This document shows positions 1 through 5,059 of a DNA stretch of 6,560 nt, in pieces. This DNA comes from Candidatus Iainarchaeum sp. (GTDB lineage: Archaea; Iainarchaeota; Iainarchaeia; Iainarchaeales; 0-14-0-20-30-16). The translations under genes were made by a program, and so were the position numbers. The stretch is taken from assembly GCA_903916665.1 (NCBI GenBank), contig CAIWXP010000058.1, forward strand, positions 1-6,560. Direction: 5' to 3'. Numbering within the stretch: the stretch's first letter is position 1; every line of letters starts with the position of its first letter. The notes under the pieces were generated by a model. That model was given only the letters and a program-made list of their open reading frames with translations. It was not told the origin of the DNA and did not search any database.

Positions 1-270
1 AATGTCTATGAATTAGTTAAAGCACATATTTTAGAATTGGATAATTTAAAAAATTATATTAATTTAGAATTGGATAAAATTGCAAAACAAAAAAACCTAC
101 AAAAAGCATTGCAACAAAAATTTTCAAACAATGTTGTTGTTGAACAAAGTCAAAGTGGAACATTCAAAATTGATTATTCTGATGAAGATGTAAATAAAAT
201 AAGCGATGACACTTTAATCAGCAAAAAACTAATAACTTCATTAAAAGAAAGTGTATTTGGTAAGAAATAG
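1..270 (+). CDS. C-terminal part of a hypothetical protein whose start lies upstream of the window
   Basis: Frame 1 is open from base 1 (NVYELVKAHILELDNLKNY...) to the TAG at 268-270. The ORF-track start at 37 is a TTG inside this open frame, so the true start is probably off the left edge. The product is K/E/Q/N-rich and looks helical. No family recognised. Confidence 0.5.
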   Translation, partial: NVYELVKAHILELDNLKNYINLELDKIAKQKNLQKALQQKFSNNVVVEQSQSGTFKIDYSDEDVNKISDDTLISKKLITSLKESVFGKK

Positions 271-278
271 GTGATATT

Positions 279-539
279 ATGGTTATTAAATCAAAAAAAA
301 CAAAAACAGTTAATAAAGAAAAATTAGATGCTTTAATTATAAAACATGCAAAGACTAATTTCAAATTAATTGGACTATCTAAAACAGACATTAATTATTT
401 AATAACTAAAAAAACACCCCTAGAATTATACAATATTCTTAATCAAATTCACGATGAATTAAATAGTAAAATAGATCCTGAAGGTATTGAAACACTAATC
501 GCAGATATGATTAAAAAAGAACAAAAAAAGAAAAAATGA
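279..539 (+). CDS. hypothetical small basic protein (86 aa, Lys-rich at both termini)
   Basis: ATG at 279 follows a near-perfect SD, AGGTGAT (269-275), and lies 8 nt after the upstream stop. The stop is TGA at 537-539. The Lys-rich N- and C-termini (MVIKSKKTKT..., ...KKEQKKKK) suggest nucleic-acid binding, but no family is recognised. Confidence 0.6.
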   Translation: MVIKSKKTKTVNKEKLDALIIKHAKTNFKLIGLSKTDINYLITKKTPLELYNILNQIHDELNSKIDPEGIETLIADMIKKEQKKKK

Positions 540-545
540 ATATTT

Positions 546-1256
546 ATGGCTAAGAAAGATATTGGTGCTAACAAAGACGCAATATTAAAACTAAAACAAG
601 AGATTGCAGGAGAAATATGTATTTCTGAGAATCCAGGAAATACCTTAAAGAAATGGCAAAGTATTTTTGAAATCAGCCAAATAAGTTTAGCTAGAGCAAT
701 GAAACTTGCAGGATCAACTATTTCAGACTATGAAAACGGCCGAAGAAATAATCCAAATATAAAATTTATTCAAAAATTTGTTAACACTCTAATTGAATTA
801 GATCTAAAACAAAAAGGACAAATAATAAAAAAACTAATTACTATTCCACAAGAGCAAACAGTTGAAACCAAAGAATTTAAAAGAGGAGTAAAATTAAGAC
901 ACACTCCAGAATTAAAAGATTTTGAACAAATAAATTCTAAAATTCACAATGAATCTGTTTTTGGAATAAGTTATTTAGATGCAAATGATATTCCAGATTT
1001 AGATTTAAACGATTTACAAAAAGTATTTGGCAAAACTAATAAAAGAATTTTATTTATTTCCAATACAAACAATGCTTTGATTATACATTTATTTTTAAAA
1101 ACTTTAAAAATGGCAACCAATCAACATCCAAGTATATTAATTTTAGACACAGATTTAGACAAAGATGATATATTAAAAGTATTAGATATAAATGTTCCAA
1201 TACATATAACTAAAAAAACAAAAGATGAAATGAAAAATCTATTAAAAGAATTATAA
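546..1256 (+). CDS. XRE/Cro-C1-type helix-turn-helix transcriptional regulator with an uncharacterised C-terminal alpha/beta-like domain
   Basis: The segment ISQISLARAMKLAGSTISDYENGRRNNPNIKFIQKFVNTL fits the HTH_3/XRE pattern (Q-x-LA...S-x-IS-x-E-x-G). The ATG lies 6 nt after the upstream stop, which suggests an operon with the two preceding ORFs. The C-terminal half (RILFISNTNN...PSILILDTDLDKDD...) alternates hydrophobic strands with an acidic cluster. It tentatively resembles archaeal 'predicted transcriptional regulator' proteins of about 240 aa. Confidence 0.8.
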   Translation: MAKKDIGANKDAILKLKQEIAGEICISENPGNTLKKWQSIFEISQISLARAMKLAGSTISDYENGRRNNPNIKFIQKFVNTLIELDLKQKGQIIKKLITIPQEQTVETKEFKRGVKLRHTPELKDFEQINSKIHNESVFGISYLDANDIPDLDLNDLQKVFGKTNKRILFISNTNNALIIHLFLKTLKMATNQHPSILILDTDLDKDDILKVLDINVPIHITKKTKDEMKNLLKEL

Positions 1257-1275
1257 TTATTTAAAAAAATTGAAT

Positions 1276-2013
1276 TTATCTTTGAAAATCTACTTCTTCT
1301 TTCTTTTTTTCTTCGTGTTTTCTTACTAAATAAGTGTATCTTACTTTATCTTTTCCACCAGGAAGCAAACCTACTAATTTGAAACTATCTTTTTTATCTA
1401 CATTATATTGATCTTTAATTCCACGAATAAATGATTGAGCCAATTGTTTTGAACCTAAATAATAATCAATACCATTGTTTACCAATTCAAATTTTTGAAC
1501 AAAAGCACCATAGTTTCCTTTTCTTAATTCTTCTTTTATTGCTTTATCTAAAATTTTCAAAAAAGTTTTATGAGTATCTTTACCAGAACCAAAACCTCTT
1601 AATTGAACCAATGCTTCAAAAAAATCTGCTACCTTTTTATAACATTCTGGACAAAACTGCAATTTAGGTGTAAAAGTTATTTTATAATCAAAACAATCTT
1701 TCTTTGCTTTTCCCGAACTAATTTCCATTTTTGCGGTTATTTTATTCTTATAAAAAATCAAATCAAAATTCTTTATGGTATATTCAAAATTAGCTTTAAT
1801 ATTCATTTTTATTACTTCTTCAAAAGTTTCTTCAGCAAATGCTTTCCAAAAAAATTCTGATTTTAATCGACCACAGGATTTACATAAAATGATTTCTTTT
1901 AAATTTATATCAAACTTAGCATCAGTTTTATAGTAACAATTTTTACAAATATTGCCTATAAAAAGATTCTTATTTCGCTCTAACCCACAAGACGGACAAA
2001 TTAGTGTTTGCAT
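1276..2013 (-). CDS. NMD3-family protein (archaeal homologue of the 60S-subunit export/biogenesis adaptor)
   Basis: Four CxxC pairs in the NMD3 arrangement: CPSCG (6-9), CKNCY (23-26), CKSCGR followed by W (44-47) and CPECY (about 121). A following alpha/beta region and a charged C-terminal tail complete the protein. An SD-like AAGGTAATGAT sits upstream of the ATG at 2013. Confidence 0.72.
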   Translation of the reverse strand: MQTLICPSCGLERNKNLFIGNICKNCYYKTDAKFDINLKEIILCKSCGRLKSEFFWKAFAEETFEEVIKMNIKANFEYTIKNFDLIFYKNKITAKMEISSGKAKKDCFDYKITFTPKLQFCPECYKKVADFFEALVQLRGFGSGKDTHKTFLKILDKAIKEELRKGNYGAFVQKFELVNNGIDYYLGSKQLAQSFIRGIKDQYNVDKKDSFKLVGLLPGGKDKVRYTYLVRKHEEKKKEEVDFQR

Positions 2014-2110
2014 AAAATATCATTACCTTTTTTATGCACTTTGTTCTAAATTTCTACCAATTAGGAGGAATTTATAACTATGCATATTATATCATTTATT
2101 CAATGTTTAT
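2014..2110 (-). promoter_or_regulatory. putative promoter and 5' leader for the NMD3-family gene
   Basis: On the minus strand, a TTATAAAT TATA-like box (plus-strand 2070-2077) lies about 60 nt upstream of the ATG. It is followed by an AAGGTAATGAT SD-like element. In this AT-rich background a TATA-like match carries little weight. Confidence 0.3.
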
Positions 2111-3334
2111 TTATTTCTTTTGGACTTTTGGCTTTAAATCAGCTGTTTCTTGATTCTTTTTTTCCAAAGGAGAATTATGTTGTTCTTTTTCCTTAAGTAA
2201 TTTAGCAATTAAATTAGAATTTTGTTCTCTATATAGCTCTAATTCTTCTAATCTTGAATTAATATCATCTTGATCTATATTTGTCTTATTCTTTGAAAAT
2301 TTCTCTAATTCCATCATTCTTCTATTAATATCAGTAATTGATTCCTCATAGTCTACACTATTATTATTGCTATTTGATAATGCTATTGAAATCTTATTAT
2401 CAACTATTGTTCCTATCTTAGAATCAAAATCTTTTATTGTATTTAATTTATCTAAAGCTAATTTTATATCATCAACATTTAATTTTGTTTGTAAATCTTT
2501 CATAAACAAATCTAATTTATCATTACAATAATTATCAATTTTTGATCTTGATGCATTTACTAAACTTTCTAAAATTTTACTTGCCAAACTTAAAGTTGAA
2601 TTTGTTCTATTGGTAATATTTTCAACCTGTGCTTTATATTGATCAAACATTTCCTGTAATTCCCTTGTACTTTCTCTTTTAAAATTATCTAAAGTAGCAT
2701 TTAAACTTTCTTTAATATTCTGAACCGAATCAATTTGTTCACTTAGAGATCGTTTCATATCATTTAATGTTTTTGTTAAAACATCAATTTCTTCTAATTT
2801 TTTTTGGGTATTTTTATTTATTTCTTGTAATAAATTCAAATTGTTATCCACTTGTTTTTTAATTTCATTTAATTTTTGTGTTGTTAATAAATCAATTTTA
2901 CTTGATAATAATGTTCTTTGAGAATCTATTATTGTTTTCATTTTTAATAATTCTTGAGAAGTAATTTCATTTACTTTTGTTTTTATTGTCTCGTCAATTT
3001 CTCTTTCTTTTTCCTCAATGGTTTCTAATTTTTGCGTTACAATAGTAATAATTCCTTCTTGCCATACTCCTAAAGATGTTTTATCCACTTCTTTTAGTGA
3101 AGGATCTTCTGAATTTTTAGAATTAGATATTTGTTCATCAAATAATTGATCTTCCTGTTTTTTTGTGGGCTTCTTTTCATCGGGTATTGCTTTATTATAT
3201 TTTATACTTTCAACCATTTTTTGAGAATAATCATAGTCTACGCCCGCATCTACCAAACTAGCAATAATTTCATCTTCTGGCATTTGCAATTGCAACATTT
3301 TTTTAATACTATCAACAACTATTTCATCACTCAT
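2111..3334 (-). CDS. long coiled-coil protein (407 aa) with a small N-terminal helical, UBA-like domain
   Basis: The long ORF has consistent codon usage. Residues from about 90 to 390 are heptad-like and rich in K/E/Q/N/L/I (LETIEEKEREIDETIKTKVNEITSQELLKMK...). The N-terminal 45 aa (VDSIKKMLQLQMPEDEIIASLVDAGVDYDYSQKMVESI) look like a three-helix UBA/CUE-type bundle. No enzymatic motif is present. Confidence 0.8.
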   Translation of the reverse strand: MSDEIVVDSIKKMLQLQMPEDEIIASLVDAGVDYDYSQKMVESIKYNKAIPDEKKPTKKQEDQLFDEQISNSKNSEDPSLKEVDKTSLGVWQEGIITIVTQKLETIEEKEREIDETIKTKVNEITSQELLKMKTIIDSQRTLLSSKIDLLTTQKLNEIKKQVDNNLNLLQEINKNTQKKLEEIDVLTKTLNDMKRSLSEQIDSVQNIKESLNATLDNFKRESTRELQEMFDQYKAQVENITNRTNSTLSLASKILESLVNASRSKIDNYCNDKLDLFMKDLQTKLNVDDIKLALDKLNTIKDFDSKIGTIVDNKISIALSNSNNNSVDYEESITDINRRMMELEKFSKNKTNIDQDDINSRLEELELYREQNSNLIAKLLKEKEQHNSPLEKKNQETADLKPKVQKK

Positions 3335-3398
3335 TAGCTAAGCACCTGTTATATATAAGATATATAGGTTTATATTCTTTCTGGTTTTTCTTTATTCT
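3335..3398. promoter_or_regulatory. divergent promoter region with stacked TATA-like boxes
   Basis: This 64-bp gap separates divergent starts at 3334 (-) and 3399 (+). TTTATATT at 3369-3376 is centred about 26 nt upstream of the ATG at 3399, and no SD precedes that gene, so a leaderless mRNA is plausible. A palindromic TTATATATAA (3349-3358) and GATATATA (3359-3366) could serve the minus-strand gene. An AGGTG (plus-strand CACCT, 3342-3346) could instead act as an SD for that gene. Confidence 0.4.
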
Positions 3399-3911
3399 AT
3401 GGGTTTTGAATTAACAATAACACAAACAATATACAATTTTTTTAATGGTCTAGGACTAATTGGACTGTGGAATATAATAACAAATACCTATGTGATATTA
3501 TGTCTTGGATTTTTATTGTTTGCATTTTTACAAAGACGTTGGATTTTAATTGCATTTTATGCAATATGTAATGCAATTGGTTTTGGTTTAAAAGAACTAA
3601 TAACTTTATTTTATTTTAGAGCAAGGCCCTATGCAGTTTTAAATTTAAATATAAAAGCAAATCTAACTGCAAATTCTTTTTATAGTGCACATGCTTTTGT
3701 TGCATTTATTTCTGCATTTTTCATTTTCTTTTTAACAAAAAATAAATGGTTAAGAATTGGTGCAATTGTTTTAGCAATAATAATTGCATTTTCAAGATTG
3801 GTGTTAGCAGAACATTATATTTCTGATGTTTTTGCAGGTTTCTTAGTAGCATTAATATTATATTTAATTAGTAAAAAGATTTATGATAAATATTATACTG
3901 AAAAACCCTAA
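3399..3911 (+). CDS. PAP2-superfamily (type 2 phosphatidic-acid / polyprenyl-diphosphate) phosphatase, integral membrane
   Basis: The PAP2 signature blocks occur in order: ...FRARP (C1, with the Lys offset from the canonical Kx6RP), YSAHA (C2, an SGH-like variant) and SRLVLAEHYISD (C3, SRx5Hx3D, an exact match). About five hydrophobic helices are present in 170 aa. Confidence 0.85.
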   Translation: MGFELTITQTIYNFFNGLGLIGLWNIITNTYVILCLGFLLFAFLQRRWILIAFYAICNAIGFGLKELITLFYFRARPYAVLNLNIKANLTANSFYSAHAFVAFISAFFIFFLTKNKWLRIGAIVLAIIIAFSRLVLAEHYISDVFAGFLVALILYLISKKIYDKYYTEKP

Positions 3912-3916
3912 TATTT

Positions 3917-3930
3917 AAAAAAATAAAAAA
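3917..3930 (-). terminator. oligo-T tract (T6-A-T7 on the minus strand), candidate archaeal termination signal
   Basis: The plus strand reads A7-T-A6, so the minus-strand RNA would read UUUUUUAUUUUUUU directly after the closing stem of the structured element. Oligo-T tracts are the main known archaeal termination signal. The same A/T block could also act as a TATA-like box for plus-strand transcription. Confidence 0.3.
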
Positions 3931-3935
3931 CAACA

Positions 3936-4100
3936 CCTAACCTATTGCCAAAGGCGTTTCTTTTTGAAATTGTCAAAAACTGTGCCTCTAACTTATAGTT
4001 TGAGACACTTTGTAAAACATTTCATTTCTTAGACAGAAATGTTCTACACTTTCTTCTTTCTCTAAAGAAAGAAGTTGTTGGCGCTTTTGGCAAAGTTAGG
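3936..4100. ncRNA. candidate structured RNA or palindromic element: four hairpins enclosed by a long-range stem (family unknown)
   Basis: Closing stem: CCTAAC 3936-3941 pairs with GTTAGG 4095-4100, and TTGCCAAAGGCG 3945-3956 pairs with CGCTTTTGGCAA 4082-4093, with one G-T position. H1: TTTTTGA 3961-3967 / TCAAAAA 3973-3979. H2: 3982-3993 / 3997-4008, 12 positions with 2 mismatches. H3: CATTTCT 4023-4029 / AGAAATG 4035-4041, with an alternative register of 4016-4023 / 4037-4044. H4: CTTCTTTCT 4053-4061 / AGAAAGAAG 4066-4074. The strand is unresolved. The G-T position in the closing stem favours the plus strand, and the C-A position in H2 would be a G-U pair on the minus strand. Confidence 0.35.
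3957..3965 (+). terminator. oligo-T tract (TTTCTTTTT), candidate terminator for the PAP2 gene
   Basis: This is the first T-rich run downstream of the PAP2 stop (3909-3911) on the plus strand. Confidence 0.25.
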
Positions 4101-4117
4101 CTTTTCTAAAAAGCCTA
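4097..4117. terminator. perfect 9-bp hairpin overlapping the AMMECR1 stop codon
   Basis: TAGGCTTTT (4097-4105), loop CTA, AAAAGCCTA (4109-4117). On the minus strand this reads TAG(stop)-GCUUUUU..., a hairpin containing a U5 run directly at the stop codon. Its 5' arm (TAGG) is shared with the outer closing stem of the structured element, so the two pairings are mutually exclusive. Confidence 0.35.
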
Positions 4118-4690
4118 CTTATTATCTTTACTATCATCTTCTGCGAATGTATCTGCAGTAAATTGATATAGGCTTATTGGAACTCTTCTCCATGATGCCT
4201 CTTGCATTTCTGCTTCACTACATAAATGATTCAAAAATTCATCTTTATCAGGATACATTTTCCACATGGTTGGCAAAAATACTTGCTTATGCATTCCTTC
4301 TTTTAAAATTAAACCTAATCTTGAATTTATTTTTGACAATAAATCTTCTGGACCTTTATAATCTAATTTTTTAATTTCACTCAAAATAGAAATTTCAATG
4401 GTTATATTTGGCAAATCATTTTTTGCAACTTTTTTATACTTTGAATTATACAAAGCAGCATTTACTGCTGATTCTTGTATGCTAATGTAAATTTCTTTAT
4501 TTGGTTCTGTTACTCCTGCCATGGCTCGTATAAAATTATTTTGAATTAAAACAACAAATACCCCTGCTCTTTCATAACAATCATCTGAAAACTCACTAAA
4601 ATCAGGCGAATAATCTCTACCATCTAATTTTGATTCTATACTTAATCTAGCAATTCTTAATAATTCATTTTTTGTGTCTTTTGATACCAT
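4115..4690 (-). CDS. AMMECR1-family protein (divergent)
   Basis: The sequence is collinear with the AMMECR1 fold pattern: LLRIARLSIE..., GVFVVL, the motif region IRAMAG (canonical LRGCIG), SAVNAAL, ITIEISILSE, GLILKEG...VFLP and EFLNHLC. I prefer the ATG at 4690 because it follows AGGTGGGGGGAG (4696-4707) with a 5-nt spacer. The longest ORF starts at 4714, giving 8 extra residues and no SD. Confidence 0.85.
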   Translation of the reverse strand: MVSKDTKNELLRIARLSIESKLDGRDYSPDFSEFSDDCYERAGVFVVLIQNNFIRAMAGVTEPNKEIYISIQESAVNAALYNSKYKKVAKNDLPNITIEISILSEIKKLDYKGPEDLLSKINSRLGLILKEGMHKQVFLPTMWKMYPDKDEFLNHLCSEAEMQEASWRRVPISLYQFTADTFAEDDSKDNK

Positions 4691-5054
4691 TTTTTCTCCC
4701 CCCACCTTTCCCATTTGATTTTTTATTATTTTCTTTAATATTATTTTTCTTGATATTCTTTTTAATTTTTTCTTCTAAATATGATTTATGTAAATCATCA
4801 GCTACTTTTTCATGATGTGCTTCTTTTGAATCATCATTCCCTTGTTTTTCTTCTTTTTCTGATTTTGATTCTATTTCTTGTTTATTCTTTTCAGTTTCCT
4901 GATTCCTATTTCCAGTTTCTTGATTTTTCTTTCCCAAAGAAGAATTTTGTGAATTAATAATTCTCTTATTTAAATAATTAAAGAATATGATTAAAAAGAC
5001 TAGTACGAAAATCAATATTACCAAAATCAATGCAATTAAACCATATATTGTCAT
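4665..5054 (-). CDS. single-pass membrane protein with a highly charged, low-complexity K/E/N/Q tail
   Basis: The N-terminal helix TIYGLIALILVILIFVLVFLIIFF is followed by about 100 aa of charged repeats (KKNQETGNRNQETEKNKQEIESKSEKEEK...). The ATG at 5054 is preferred. The ORF-track start is a GTG at 5063 that overlaps the upstream TGA as GTGA. The 3' end overlaps the AMMECR1 start by 26 nt. A low-complexity composition lowers confidence that this is a conserved protein. Confidence 0.55.
   Translation of the reverse strand: MTIYGLIALILVILIFVLVFLIIFFNYLNKRIINSQNSSLGKKNQETGNRNQETEKNKQEIESKSEKEEKQGNDDSKEAHHEKVADDLHKSYLEEKIKKNIKKNNIKENNKKSNGKGGGRKNGIKRHKK
4863..4925 (-). repeat. degenerate tandem 21-nt (heptapeptide) repeat inside the charged-tail gene
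   Basis: Minus-strand units are AATCAAGAAACTGGAAATAGG (4925-4905), AATCAGGAAACTGAAAAGAAT (4904-4884; 16 of 21 identical to unit 1) and AAACAAGAAATAGAATCAAAA (4883-4863; weaker). They encode NQETGNR, NQETEKN and KQEIESK. Confidence 0.4.
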
Positions 5055-5059
5055 AGCTA

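Noticed and set aside
37-39. TTG start codon proposed by the ORF track for the first ORF
   Set aside because: The same frame is open all the way back to base 1, so the TTG is most likely an internal Leu codon of a longer gene truncated by the window edge.
1431-1860. Plus-strand ORFs 1431..1667 and 1603..1860, antisense to the NMD3-family gene
   Set aside because: These are shadow ORFs typical of AT-rich DNA. Their translations are low-complexity and rich in F/L/I/K/N, they have no RBS, and they lie entirely inside a well-supported gene on the opposite strand.
2063-2196. Perfect AGGAGG (2064-2069) followed 10 nt later by an ATG (2080) on the plus strand, opening a 38-codon hydrophobic ORF (MHIISFIQCLFISFGLLALNQLF...)
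   Set aside because: The ORF is very short and runs antisense into the 3' end of the coiled-coil gene. The AGGAGG lies in the promoter/leader region of the minus-strand NMD3 gene. I cannot distinguish a real small membrane peptide from chance without conservation or Ribo-seq data.
3146-3337. Plus-strand 63-aa ORF antisense to the 5' end of the coiled-coil gene
   Set aside because: It is a shadow ORF with an implausible hydrophobic, low-complexity product and no start context.
3934-4100. Replication origin (ORB-like inverted repeats flanking AT-rich DNA)
   Set aside because: The inverted repeat arms (TTGCCAAAGGCG / CGCTTTTGGCAA) do not resemble the ORB / mini-ORB consensus as I recall it. 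No orc1/cdc6 gene is adjacent. The interior consists of discrete hairpins rather than an unwinding element.
3934-4117. Known RNA classes for the structured element: tRNA, 5S rRNA, SRP RNA, RNase P RNA, C/D-box or H/ACA sRNA, retron msr/msd, TnpB omega RNA
   Set aside because: There is no T-loop GTTCRANYC and no C/D boxes (RUGAUGA/CUGA). There is no pseudouridylation-pocket architecture, although an ACA follows H3. There is no GGAA-capped SRP helix-8 motif and no RNase P CR-I/CR-V blocks. The hairpin count is wrong for 5S. No reverse transcriptase or TnpB gene lies nearby.
4177-4374. Plus-strand 65-aa ORF antisense to AMMECR1
   Set aside because: It is a shadow ORF inside a gene that has clear family motifs on the other strand.
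2141-4949. Diversity-generating-retroelement TR/VR pair, suggested because the repeat copy at 2141-2182 lies at the 3' end of a gene
   Set aside because: The block is only about 39 nt, the mismatches are not restricted to adenine positions, and no reverse transcriptase or Avd-like gene is present in the window.
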